64,000 bases of DNA from Octopus vulgaris. Taxonomy: Eukaryota. Of this stretch, positions 28,560 through 41,780 are shown in pieces. A program made the position numbers and the translations under genes. Positions within the stretch are counted from its first letter, which is position 1. Every line of letters starts with the position of its first letter. Below the pieces are notes generated by a model. The model made no database searches. It saw nothing but the letters and a program-made list of their open reading frames with translations, and had not been told where the DNA came from. The stretch covers positions 124,434,001 to 124,498,000 of the forward strand of contig OX597815.1 of assembly GCA_951406725.2 (NCBI GenBank), given 5' to 3'.

Positions 28560-29049
28560 ATTATTTTATCGAGCCCGAAAGGATCAAAATGCAAAGTCGA
28601 CTCAGTGGAATTTGAACTCGAACGAAATAGCTATTTCTTTACTACCCACAAGGGGCTAAACACAGAGAGGACAAACAAGGACAGACAAACGGATTAAGTC
28701 GATTATATCGACTCCAGTACGTAACTGGTACTTATTTAATCGACTTCGAAAGGATGAAAGGCAAAGTCGACCTCGGCGGAATTTTTACTCAGAACGTAAC
28801 GGCAGACGAAATACCTATTTCTTTACTACTCACAAGGGGCTAAACAAAGAGAGGACAAACAAGGACAGACAAACGGATTAAGTCGATTATATCGACTCCA
28901 GTGCATAACTGGTACTTTATTTAATCGACCCCGAAAGAATGAAAGGCAAAGTCAACCTCGGCTGAATTTGAACTCAGAACGTAGCGACAGACGAAATACT
29001 GCTGAGCATTTCGTCCGGCGTGCTAAAGATTCTGCCAGCTCGCCGCCTT
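28560..29049 (-). mobile_element. Tandem family B SINE array
   Basis: Reverse complement matches 13350-13730, including the same AAAGAAATAG|GTATTTC junction; older fragments continue to ~28250. Confidence 0.9.
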
Positions 29050-30559
29050 AGACGTTCAAATGACAAAATAAAATAAACAAATAAAATTACTAGTCAATAA
29101 ATCTAATGCTGCAAAGCATTCTAGGGCAACTATCGCCTGTCTAGAAATCATTCATAATAATTGATTCTCAGATGAGCAACAAGTCAGAAATGTGTAGGGA
29201 AGAGTTAATCGACATTCATGACTAGTACTTTATTTAATCGATATCTGAAGCATGATCAATAAAGTTGACCACATCGAGATTTGAACTCTGAACATGAAGA
29301 GAATCAGAACAAATACTTCTGTCTACATTTATTTTAGCTTTTTTTTAAGGCGTTGTTTCTATGGCAGGAAGCCATTATGAGCTGATATGTAAACAGAAAG
29401 GGAAAATAAAATCAAGTCCAAAACAATAACAGAACTTATGTCTCTCTTGGTATAGATGCAGACGTCCAACGCGTTCCAGGTGGCTCTTTATTGAAAACTA
29501 TCCAAAAGGGAATATATCCTTTAGTTTTTCTTAGTAAAAGAATTCAAATATTTTGTAACAAGTCCGTACACGCAAACTCAACAACAGCAGCAGCAAAAAT
29601 AATAATGTTTATTTTGGCACAAGGTCAGCAATTTTTAGTGGGGATGCTGTTTATTCGATTACATGAACTGCCTTACTTGAGTACTTAATTTTATCGACCA
29701 CAGCAGGATGAAAGGCAAAATTGGCCGCAGCAGAAATTGAATTCAGAACGTGAAGAGCCAGAAGAAATGCATTTGTTCCCCGCATTTCTTTTCTGCCAGC
29801 TCGTTCCCTTAACAGAACTAATAATAATCTTTTCTGCCATAGGCACAAATCTAGAAACATTTGGTGGGTGGGGTGGGGGCTATCCAGCTGCATCGACCCC
29901 AGCTAAGTGTTTTATCCGCTATGGTAACTATTCTGCAAGCTCGTAGCATTACTACTACTACTAATAATAATGGTTTCAAATTTTGCCACAAGCGCAACAA
30001 CTTAGTACTGTAAGTTGCAAATAATAGAGACACAGTCTATGCTAATGCAGGCTATTTTGTAATTAAACGTTCACGCAGTTTTAATTCAGAAATTCAAATA
30101 ATGAATGACGTGAAGTTATTGTCTGGGTATTTTGAATATAAAATGCATGGTTCTAATTTCCTTCAGATTGTAATCAGATAATTGTCAGTAAAAAGAAAAT
30201 AATGGACATGGCTAAAAGCTAATAATAAATTAAATACTTCAAGACAAACCAAATCTTATTTCTCATGAGAAGTTCCTTATTCTACATTACTTTGTAATTA
30301 AAAAGAGAAACAGAAAATTCTTCAGCGAAATAACAGATTTGTGTTCTTTGTTAAAAGGGCAAATTGAAAGTGACAGTTAAGTGTAAGGGAGACATGTTGC
30401 GTAATTATGTACCTGACCATTTCTCGTCTGGCATTAGGCTGGCACCAATTAGTTTTAATTGCCAGTCCGTATTGTTATAGATCAAAACAGTTGATAGTCT
30501 GGATCCAAGTTCTTTGGTTTTAAGAATACCGCATCAAAGATAAATCTATCAATAAATTA

Positions 30560-30910
30560 AACATTTGGAAAACAAATTGAACATCTGTAAAATTACTTAA
30601 TGTAGTAATGATGATGATTGCTCCGGAAGTTTTCATTGTTTCAATGTTCATTAAAGCCCAAAGGATTCCTATCTCTTTCAATACCAATATTTCAGCTGAA
30701 GAAATTGGACATGGATTCAACTAGAATATAATCAAGGTGTATGGAAAAAGTTAGCTTCAAGCAATCCGTAGTAAATATAGAAAACAACTTTCAGGGACAC
30801 CAGTGGTTTATTGAGACGGAAGGTTGTGGATTTTTTCTTATCGAAGTACGATAAATTTGAAAAAAGTTCTTTTTATATTTCACGGCAGGCAACCAGGGTT
30901 GCCGGGTATG
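30560..30910 (+). pseudogene. Possible degraded Helitron 3' end (helicase C-terminus plus hairpin)
   Basis: FIKAQR (cf. TINKAQG) and HG..(QL) (cf. HGQLY) traces, then GGCAACC-AG-GGTTGCC-GGGTA hairpin at 30886-30908; no CTRR terminus. Confidence 0.35.
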
Positions 30911-30922
30911 CGAATACGAATA

Positions 30923-31209
30923 CAAGAGTTAAGGAGTGGAGTAGATAATTTCCGGGCTACATATGTTTCTTAGAGAGCGGAACCTCGGAAGTGGTAAATA
31001 TCCAGGCGAGATGTATGCTGCAGGCTACTCTTAAGGCCAAGGATATCTTGATGAAATGAAGGTTTGCATTGTTGCAAGGAGGTACATGTTAACACATGGA
31101 AGAGTAGCCTGCGGTATACACCTCGTTTGGATATTTACCACTTCCGAGGTTCTGCTCGCTATGAAACATATGTAGCCCGGATCTTTTCTACTCTATCCCT
31201 TGACCCTTC
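30923..31209. mobile_element. Fold-back MITE with ~110-bp arms and TA flanks (Tc1/mariner-type)
   Basis: Arms 30923-31032 / 31100-31209 (CCGGGCTACATATGTTTC...AACCTCGGAAGTGGTAAATATCCA...CAGGCTACTCTT); TA at 30921-30922 and 31210-31211. Confidence 0.85.
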
Positions 31210-31303
<94 letters not shown>

Positions 31304-31306
<3 letters not shown>

Positions 31307-31481
31307 CTCCGTCTTCCTTCCTTGGATCTTTCCTTTTCCTATTTATCTGACGAAGAGCTCCGCTCGAAACGTTAAATCCTCCTTCTCTCTTTCCTTTCCT
31401 GAGCGTCTAATAACACTATGCTGGTTCCACGTCCTCGCGTTGTTGTGTTTTCTCTTTGTGTTTTCGTGTTTGGATTAACTT
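31304..31481 (+). mobile_element. Short PLE-type terminal fragment inserted in (TA)n
   Basis: Flanked by (TA)n on both sides; contains a hammerhead core; pyrimidine-rich layout with GCTCGAAACGT...GAGCG as in 54899-55054. Confidence 0.7.
31341..31377 (+). ncRNA. Minimal type-I hammerhead ribozyme, intact core
   Basis: CUGACGA-A-GAGC(UCC)GCUC-GAAACGUU at 31347-31373; palindromic ACGU stem III; helix I weak. Confidence 0.75.
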
Positions 31482-33568
31482 TATATAATATATATATATA
31501 TATATATAAGACTCTGGTTTATTTTTCTATACACTTGTTAAGCACTCGTGTGTTACTGGAAGGAGCACAAAGCTATTATGGATTTACAAAATCTCTATGA
31601 TTTTTGTTATTTTTCGCAGGAGTTTATAGGTGGGTTTTATACGGCAAAAATATCACTACAATTAAATGAAAAATTGATATAACTCATTATCTGGGTCTGG
31701 CAAGTCATTTTTTTTATCGCACTATAAGTATCTTAACCCGTACTTAACTATATATTTAGGGACGCCTGATTAGAAATTGTACAGGAAATAGAAAGTAGAT
31801 ATGGCACAGATACTATTTCATGTGGCCCCGATATAGTTATCTTACTTAAGATAATAAAACAGAGCTGCAGAAGTGTGAGTGTCAATAAAGCCCTTCATTT
31901 GATATATATTTGCTCAGGTAATAAATATCACCACACTAAGGGTTTATCCTCATTTAAGATAAACTCTAACATAACCGTGTCACAGATTTCCCCCCTTCTA
32001 ATCAACTGACTCCAAACAACTCTCAACACCTTGCGTGCTTTAACTTCTGTACGCTTGTTCAAACTAGATTTGTTTTTTACTTGTACTGAGAACTTAGTAA
32101 AGCAACTCGCCCCACGTATGTGCTACTTGACATCTCGGATTGTTAATCTAATTTCTTTCGTGATATTTTATTGTCAGTCAAAAGACCGAGACATCTGGAT
32201 ATCTTTCATAAAAGGTGTTTTCTCTCATATTTTCAGACTGACCAGTGTATATAGTAGACAGAAAACTGTGTGGACTTCTGTCATACACACGCACACACTC
32301 ACACACAAACACTCACACACACATACTCACACACATACACACATACACACACACTCACACACACATACACACACGTATGTATGTATGTATGTATGTATGT
32401 ATGTATGTATGTATATATGTATGTATGTATGTATGTGTCTGTGTGTATGCGCGCGCGTGTGTTTGTCTCCTCTCATTTACTTGTTGGTTTATGTCCTTGC
32501 AACTTAGCGGTTTGAAAAAATAACCTATAGAGTAAGTTGCGGACTTAAAAAATAAGTACTGTAATCGATTTCTTTTAAATCTTTCAAGGTTCAATAACTG
32601 AAACAAGTGAAGGAATAGATTAAAAAAATATTCTACCTAATTTAAAGGGTTCATAGGAAACAAAATATGCAAATATATGTAATGAGAATTTCTTACTTAG
32701 GCAACAGACCACACGTTTGTAGCGAAGTTATCGTCAATGAAGTTGACCCAAGTGCATTTTATTGACCCGAAGTAAATCTCGGCAGGCTTTGAAATTAAAG
32801 AACAAGTGACAAACTGTGACAGTCCACCTGTGGACGTAACCCTCTTTAGATCTGTAGGTTTTGAGTCGTAAAACTGTCTCGTTAACTCTGTCACTTTAAC
32901 TCACTAACTTGGTGATGAGCAACTTCTCTGTTAGTCTGAATATTTATTTTTTCCCGGTGGAGTCGAGTGGAGCCACGGGAAATAAAGTGTCTTGTCCAAG
33001 GATACAACACAGAAAGCCCAGTTGTATAACTACGAAGCTACGCGCTTTCTCGAGACTTGACCTGTCTAAATAAGACTAAAAGTTATTCTGTTTGATGCAC
33101 TAACAGTTCAGATTATCGACCATCTTATGAATATGTGATACTGTATAAGTACACTAAAGCAGTCGTTTCTCTATATTTCCTGTGATGTTATTGAGAGTTC
33201 CGTTTCAATATGATTTAAATTTACGGTTGTGCATTCATCAATGTATCAAAGCAACCTCGAAGTTTACAAGCCAGGGAGTAAGTAAAAGATGTATTACAGC
33301 AATCTTTGACTGAATGAACGTGAGGAGCTGGAAAAGAACGAACACATGAAGATGATGATTTGAAGAAAGAGATAAGACAGAAAACAGAGAAAGGAAGCAG
33401 ATTGAGGAAGAGGTCGGTATTTTGTGAAGAAGATAAGGAAATGAAAGCAACACTGATGCATGTTCAAATGTCTTACTAGACTAGACGAGAAGTGTATGAT
33501 GACTGGGGTGAGATTGGGGTGGTTCATGATATTTAGATTATGGCCTCTGAACCACCACAACCGTCACT

Positions 33569-34095
33569 TGAAAGCGAGTAGCTATACTGAGAAACAGTAA
33601 CTATACTGAGAAGTAATACTTATCGTCACTTAAACGTGGCTGTTCCATACGAACTGACGTTACTACAATTTTAACCCCCAGGAGGACGCCAGGTAATTCG
33701 ATGCACAGTTACTGCTTTCTCAGTATAGTTACTACTTTCATCTCTTATAGAGGTTTTCAGACTTGCTAATTTGCTTGTTGCATGATCAGTGACTGTATGT
33801 CACTTGTTCTCTACATATTTTGAGCTGGAGTGAACTACTGCTATCTCTAGCGGACGAGCATACACCACGGAGGATGACCACAAATAGGTCAAAACCGTAT
33901 GCTCTGCTGGTCGCGTAGCTGGAAAATGGTAGGAGTTCGCTCCCCTGCTTGCAATATATATCGGGTGCAGATTGCATCGAATAACCTGCTGAAGGAGGCT
34001 TCCTCTTGGGATTAAAAATAGCAGTAACGTCGGTTCGTACGGAACAGCCATATTTAAGTGGCTGTAATCACCACTTCTCAGTATAATTACTGTTT
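33569..34095. mobile_element. Nested inverted-repeat (MITE-like) element
   Basis: Long arms 33592-33705 / 33973-34095 and short arms 33569-33603 / 33707-33740; motif AGTAACTATACTGAGAA occurs four times. Confidence 0.8.
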
Positions 34096-36442
34096 TTATT
34101 TCTTATAAGGATTTTCTAACTAGAAAAGAAATGAAAAGACATAAATTAGATTTCCATAACAAAAAAAAAATTCCACAAAAAAGATATGGAGCGAATAAAT
34201 TAGGTAGGGTTAGGTTGATAAAAAGAGAGGGGGGGAGGGGAGAGAAAGAGAGAGAGAGATAACGAATGAAAGAAAGAAAATTTCTTAATGAGATTATATA
34301 CAAAAGTAATTGATATTAAATAACAGAAAACGGATTAAAGAAAACGCCACATCGAAGAACACAGAAGGATAGTGAGAAAACAATTTCCCAGTTAAATAGT
34401 TCAATGATTAAAAGGAGAGAAAACAGTGGTGTGGGGGAGATGGATTGTTACAAGGGTAAGAGATAGATTGAGAGATATAAAAATAGATAAGACGAGATAG
34501 GACAAGAAAGGGAGTAGTGAATTGAAAGATACAGAGAAGCAGAGGGGAATAATGGTGTCATGCTAGTCATGTGTAGGTCAAATCTACGTAAGGGACGTCT
34601 ACGTATCTCCTTCTGTTGCTATAGTTTTGTTTATCTGCTGTATATGGAAGGGGCGTGGTGTGTAAGATAAGAGTCAAAGTTCAGCCAAAGAATTCATTTG
34701 AGAGACCTCTTTTGAAATAAAGATAACCACGCTATCATGCAAGACATCAACCACAAAAACAGCTATAGAAAAAAAATGAAATAAAATAAAGACTCGGAAA
34801 TGTTGTGTGGAGTTAGTAAATTGAAATAAGGATAAATAAACAAGAAACAATCCCCACACACGCACACACGCACACACATGTAGCTAAATGGATCTCCGTC
34901 AGTTTTAATGATGAATATTCATTTGTTTAAACAACTGGTAATTGAAATAGCAAATGTTTTTGTGTGTGACTGAGTATGTCACACACACGTGTCGTCTTAA
35001 CGAAATTCTCAGACAGAATTAACGCGACATCGTGACAAGGCTGTACATTTGAATTACCGATACAATTCTCCAGATGGCACTCCACACGGATACTGCCCAA
35101 CCAAAGATGGGATAAAAGACACTTACCTATGTTACCGCGCAATGGGATCGAATATAAGACCTTATAATTTTGGGGTGAACTTCTGAAGTATTTGGCCATG
35201 TTGCATTCATGAGGAGTTCATGTGTGCGCGCGCGCGCACACAAACACACACACACGCAACACACATTCACTGACAACGACATAGTCAACGAGGAAGCATC
35301 TACAAGGTGGCTAGATTTGCTAGAAATATTAACCAAATCTCAATTCATATCAAGGACGCACATGATGACAGCATAGTCCTAGATACCCTATACCTGATAG
35401 AAATGATACGATATGCCAAGGCATAAAGTATTTAGATCATAAGTCTGGGCGATCAGAACTGACATGGTAGTAATTAACTGGAACTAAAATCAGCAGGCAC
35501 ACACATACGCAAATACGTACGTATATAACACACACACATTTCTCTATGTATACTTAGATATATACATATGCATTTATGTATGTATGTATGTATGTATGTA
35601 TGTATGTATGTATGTATGTATGTATGTATGTATGTATGTATGTATGTATGTATGTATGTGTGTGTGTGTGTGTGTGTGCGTACAGGCGAGCGTTACATAG
35701 CTTTTATGTTTGTAAGCGAACTTAACGCATACAATACTACACTTTGATCTAAGCCAAAAGGCCGAGGAATTCAGATAGAACTCAATATCTAGAAAATATT
35801 TAATAGCATGCCAGTCTAAAGCTTTATATACTATACAAGCTAGTTGATTCTGGTAGAGAGGCACCTCTCTTAATATGAATTTATGAGCGCGGTTTGATAT
35901 TTTGCTGATATCCTGTCTGTATTACATAAGGAGTGTCGATGTAGGGACTTCCAGTTTTTCGGGACTTCACTTTTGCTTAATTTGATAATTTTGAGAGCTC
36001 TGGCGAGATTTTCAAAGTGAATATAAAGCTCAACTTGAACCCGCTTCTGAATGTTTGAGAGAGTCAACATTCACGTTGATCCGCTCACAGTATTAAAAAA
36101 ATGCTATACTATTACTAATACCATCACAACCCAATTTCGTGTTCATCATCATAACTGCACACTTACTACAGTTCTACGGCTAGTAGATGTGCTACTTTGA
36201 TCTTCTCTACGTCGGGATTAAAGGAAACATCTTAATAGCAATGATAGTTGTAGAAGTACGATGGTGATTCTCAAAATAAATACTTGTTTGAAGATTTTAA
36301 GTACAATGGCCGAAGATTTATTGCAGAGCGTGGATAACTTAATTCATTTATAATGTTTGAAATCATCAAATTTTGATACCAATTTTTGAAAGATTGTGAT
36401 AAAAGATTTCTTCTGTGTACATATATGTACACACACACACAC

Positions 36443-36524
<82 letters not shown>

Positions 36525-36545
36525 ACACATATATCCCTACATGCA

Positions 36546-36754
36546 TATACATTATTTACATTATTTACATTTGACGGATATTTGTCCTCATCTTGTTTGT
36601 TGTTAACACAACATTTCGGCTGATACACCTTCATCAGGTGTCTTGGGGCAATTTCGAACCTGAGTTCTCATTCTTAAGGTATTATTATTATTGTTGTTGT
36701 TGTTGTTGTTGATGTTGCTGTTGATGTTGCTGTTGCTGTTGTTGTTGTTGTTGA

Positions 36755-36824
<70 letters not shown>

Positions 36825-36890
36825 ACCACTACCTGGAATAGAACTCGGAATCTTTTGGTTAGTAGCCCGCGCTCTTACCACTACGCCATA
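36546..36890 (-). mobile_element. tRNA-headed, hammerhead-containing element, left copy
   Basis: Minus strand: box A TGGCGTAGTGG (36888-36878), box B GAGTTCTATTCC (36846-36835), (AAT/AAC)n, then GACAC-CTGATGA...CAGCC-GAAATGTT-GTGTT (36642-36605, stem II partly deleted). Confidence 0.85.
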
Positions 36891-36893
36891 TTA

Positions 36894-36937
36894 CGGGCTA
36901 CTAACAACAAGATTCCGAGTTCGATTCCTGACAGTGA

Positions 36938-37000
<63 letters not shown>

Positions 37001-37170
37001 CTTAGGAGTGAGAATCCAGGTTCGAAATTTCCCCAAGACACCTGATGAAGGCTGGAGGGTATATCAGTCGAAACGCTGTGTTAACAACAAAGATGAGGAC
37101 AAATATCCGTCAAATGTAAATAATATAAATAATGTACATAATTCCTCATCGCTTAAATGTAGAACTGTAC
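36894..37170 (+). mobile_element. tRNA-headed, hammerhead-containing element, right copy (5'-truncated)
   Basis: Starts mid-tRNA head; box B GAGTTCGATTCC (36917-36928), (AAT)n, hammerhead, 3' inverted repeat GATGAGGA/TCCTCATC (37092-37150); inverted relative to the left copy. Confidence 0.85.
37037..37082 (+). ncRNA. Minimal type-I hammerhead ribozyme (one core substitution)
   Basis: Helix I GACAC/GUGUU, CUGAUGA, helix II GGCUG/CAGUC with 10-nt loop, GAAACGCU; U16.1 is C in this copy and U in the left copy. Confidence 0.75.
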
Positions 37171-37202
37171 CACACACACACACACACACAGACACACATA
37201 TA

Positions 37203-37238
<36 letters not shown>

Positions 37239-37361
37239 TGTATGTATGTATGTATATATATATATATCATGTATGTGTGTGTCCGACGAACGGGAACGTG
37301 AAACTCAGTAGCATTTTTTGTGATATTTTTGTGTTGTCTTTGCAGCTTTAATAATAATAAA

Positions 37362-37428
<67 letters not shown>

Positions 37429-38719
37429 TATATAACCGTGAATAAATCAAGCATTTTTTAAACCTATGATAGTAAAAGAGTAGAATCCAGCTATTTTCGA
37501 ATTTACTAATTTACTAGTTTAAATAGTAAAGTGAGTACAAGCGATTTTCTGTGATCAATTTAATTGTTTATACTGCTCCAATTAAAGAAAATATCGATCT
37601 GTGCTTAATGAAAAGAAACTGATATTTAAAAAGACATTTCGCAATTCTTCAGATGAAGTTTTTAAGTAAACTAATATAGAGATTTACTTCTTACATTAAA
37701 AAATGGTTTCTTCTCAATCGAAAATAATGTGTCGACAGTCTTTTTTCTTCTTTTGCGTTCCCGTGGATCAAATATAATATCTATTTTTGTATGAGTATTT
37801 TGGTATTTGTAAAGCTTTTTGTTAATTCTATCAAATGTCGCTCAGGTTTGGTAAAGATAGATCATAAGACTGTTTTTTAAACAACTTGTATCTTTTTCTA
37901 ATAGATATTTCTCAAAGATGTTCTGATCGATGTAATGTCTAACATATTACGACAAAAGCAATCAGCATTTTATTAAGATTATCTTATGAATATGTTACTA
38001 GATTTTCAATCAAAGTATTAACGGCTTGTGTCTCAACATAGGTTCACGATTCAATTAATAAGTACATAGAACATATATTATCCGAAGGAAGGCAATTCTA
38101 TTCAGCTACATGAACGTGCAGCTACCAACTTGATCATCACTGGCATAAAATACAAACTGACATATATTTGTGTAATATTCATGGCCAAGGACTATTATCC
38201 AGTTAACATTCCGATTTCAGACACTTCGAGATTTGATCTATAGATAAAATCTTGGATGTTTTTATGGCTCTGTAAGCGATAGAAAAACTGCAAATAACAT
38301 TTGAAGAACCTTCAGGGCAGAGTGGGTGTGGACTATGATTTATGTGTTCAGCAAAAATAATGCAACAATATTTATGCTTAGGCCAGTGATCTGATTCGAA
38401 TGTTAGAGCTCAACTAAAGGTAGTAAAGGATCTAAAGGTTAGGCGAATTAGCGATGAATTAGATCCGGCACCAACCAGAGTCGATGTCAATTTTGAGAGA
38501 TCATGGAAATTCCTCCCTATGATGCCCTGATAACAAAGTAAAGTAACGCCACAAAAAAAGAAACAACTTCTGAATAATAACAATTTTCTGCATTTTTGGT
38601 GATCTTTTACGTGCATGAGCATTGGTCGGTGGCAGACTCTAGGTATGGTACTTATATATAATCACAACATTTCACATATTACTGATATTGACGTAAGGGA
38701 TGTGAACGAAGTCGATTCG

Positions 38720-40364
38720 CGACATATAATCTCCAACATAACCTTTACTGCTTCAGGTATCAAAGCAGCAATAAATGAGATCAAAATACTATTCTGCTGC
38801 AGGCCCTGATAGATTCCCCGCTAGTTTCCTGAAAGAATATAGACACAAACTCGCAATCCCTCTAATCAACATCTGGAGAAATTTTTTAGACTCAGGTTAT
38901 ATACTGAAACAGCTCTTATCCCTGTCTGTTATCCCGGTTTTCAAACAGGGAAACAAATCCCTCGCAGTCAAATATCGCCCAATCTCACTCACCTCCCATA
39001 TCATTAAAGTGAGATCAAGGATAGCTAGCTTTCTGGAGATCCACAATTGCCTAAATTCAAACCAGTGTGGCTTTCGTTGCGGCAAGGACTATCTAACACA
39101 GCTCTTACACCATATCGATGATATCCTTAAAGCCTTCGGAGCTGGTTCGAACTCTGATGTCATATATCTTGACTTCCGTAAAACGTTCGGCAGAGCCGAC
39201 AATAATATCCTACTGTCAAAATTATCAAATGTTGAAATCCGTGGAAAACTACTACCCTGGCTTGAGTATTTCCTGGAGAACAGAACACAACATGTGATCG
39301 GTGGAATCCACTCAAGCCCAGCAAAAGTCACTTGTAGTGTTCCTCGAAACACTGTCTAGGGCCCGCTTCTTTTGATAGTCTATATAAACGACTTTTCCAG
39401 GGTCATAAAACACAGCAAAGTGAAAATATTCGCTGGTGACTCTAAGCTCCAGAAAAGTATCAATGAAGAAGATCGAACTGAATTCCAGTCTGATCTATAT
39501 GCTGTGAGTCAATGGGTAGACAAAAACGAAATGTAACTAAACGGGAGAAAATTTGAGCTGATGCATTTTGGAAGAAAAACTTAGCTAAAACAGCCATATT
39601 GTCTTCCTTCAGGGGAACCACTGACAGTATCTAATAATATCAGAGACCTAGGAGTAGTTGTTGACAACAATCTCAGCTGGAGTGCCCACATCGACAATAA
39701 GGTCGATATAGTTTGTTGGATGAGCTCCTGGATCCTAAGAATCTTCCAATCCAGAGAACAAGGTATCATAATTACCCTTTTCTCCTCCTTTAAATGGCCA
39801 CACCTCGAATACTCTTCCCCCTGTAGTCTCCTCATGCAAAACAAAACATTTGGAAAATTGAATCACCTCAGACGTCATTCACTAAAAGAATCAAGGTCAT
39901 GACTGATCTCGATTATTGAGACTGCCTTAAAGCATTGAAACTGTATTCTCTCTAGCACCATTTTGAGCGATACATCATTTGCACGATGTGGAGAATATAC
40001 CACCAGCATTGCCCAAACGACCTCAACATTAGCTTCAAAATTAATCCGGGGATAGGATCTCAACACATAAATACACTGCAAAATAATTTTTTTCCTCAAC
40101 AGGCCTTGCCCTATTTTACATTGTCCCGAAACACATCAAAGAAGAAAAGGATCCCATTACCTTTAAACGGAATTGTGATAAATTTCTTCAAGGAATACCA
40201 GATAAGCCACTTATACCTGGATACAACTCACTCAACAAAAATTCCCTACTCGAATGGACCATGATACCTCAAAACTTGACTTAAAAAGGATTTAGTTAAT
40301 CCTATCAGGTAGTGTTATGAAGTTAGATATGGCCTGAACCAATCTTTGGTCGAAACATATCTAA
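38720..40364 (+). mobile_element. 5'-truncated CR1-group LINE, reverse transcriptase pseudogene
   Basis: SAAGPD, VIPVFKQG, YRPISLTSHIIKV, QCGFR, DVIYLDFRK, VPRNTV*GPLL, IFAGD (degenerate YADD, 39426-39440) and RDLGVVVDNNLSW; stops and frameshifts; 3' stem-loop TTAGATATG/CATATCTAA at 40323-40364. Confidence 0.92.
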
Positions 40365-40961
40365 GTTATGCAAGGCATGTAAATTCATATACATAAGATT
40401 TCTCGACTTATACTCGATGCTTATTTATGGTCACATAAATAGCATTTCAGAAAATGACTTTCATTACTAATAAAGCTTTATATAAGAAATGAAAAGTATT
40501 ACTGAACCCTCGATTCTCTTTATACATTATGTAATACTATTAAGGAAATATTTCGAAAAGCATTTGTTGTTAAATAAGGAAAAGGATTCCCCACCGAAAG
40601 CCGGATTCATTTACACTTAACAGCTAAATAAGTGTTCATAAAACTGGAGCGGAAAGCACTTTTTAGCATTGGTTTTTCGAAATAATGAGCTAGTCTTCGA
40701 ATAAGTGACGCTAAGCTTTCTTTGCCTAAGTCATCTTACCGTGCAAAACGATTATACATCTACATACGTATACACATACATTATATATATATACATATAT
40801 TTATTTATATATATATATTGAAGAGGTCACTATCCTTAAACCCATTCCAATACATGGTAAAGAACCAAATAAATAAATTAATGGTGAATAGGAAGGATGA
40901 TACCCCTTCTCTCTCCCTCTACCTATCTGTCTGTCTGTCTGTCTGTCTATCTCTCTATCTC

Positions 40962-41027
<66 letters not shown>

Positions 41028-41400
41028 AGCCTATCTACCTACCTATATTTCTATCTATCCATCTCTACTGTCATGGAACTTCACCCCCCCAAAATAAAAA
41101 CAATGTTCTCTTCTAAACAAAACCCCACAAAAAACATCTGTTTCATATAAATGAACAAGCAGTTTGTACATTTACGAAATTTTATTTGACAAGTTCGTGA
41201 AAGGAACGAAAGCGCTATTAATAATGAAGAAATAAAGAGATTTTTTTTTACAAAATTCTGACGTCAGATTTTTTCTCAATATTCAATTTCAGTACATCAC
41301 ACCTTACACTCTATACACACACACATACACACACATATGCATATATATACATACATATATACATGCATACATATATACATGCATATATATACATGCATAC

Positions 41401-41780
41401 GTGTGTGGTAAGTAGCTTGCTTCCGGGTTCAGTCCCAGTGCGTGGCACTTTGGGCAAGTGTCTTCTAATATAGCCTCGGGTCGACCAAAACCTTGTGAGT
41501 GGATTTGGTAGACAGAAACTGAAAGAAGCCCGTTGTGTATACATATGTATCTATATATGTGTATGTGTGTCTGTGTCTGTTTCCCCACCATCGCTTGACA
41601 ACCGATGCAGGTGTGTTTACGTCCCCGTAACTTAGTGGTTCCGCAAAGAGATCGATAGAATAAGTACTAGGCTTGCAAATAATAAGTCCTGGGGTAAATA
41701 TGCTCGACTAAAGACGGTGCTCCAGCATGGACTCAGTCAAATGACTGAAACAAATAAAAGAAAAAAGAATAAAAAAGAAT
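41401..41780 (+). mobile_element. tRNA-derived SINE, family A
   Basis: GTGTGGTAAGTAGCTTGCTT, GGGTTCAGTCCC, TTGGGCAAGTGTCTT, internal (TA/TG)n, tail ...GACTGAAACAAATAAAAGA. Confidence 0.9.

Noticed and set aside
36603-37301. Poly-Asn and poly-Leu ORFs
   Set aside because: Translations of the (AAT)n spacer of the inverted non-coding element.
38775-39359. 194-aa ORF as a functional gene
   Set aside because: Fragment of a LINE RT ending at an in-frame stop, with a degenerate catalytic motif downstream.
40323-40364. CTGA...GAAA inside a 9-bp stem, hammerhead-like
   Set aside because: Lacks the NGA of the core, helix I and a cleavage triplet; better explained as the LINE 3' stem-loop.
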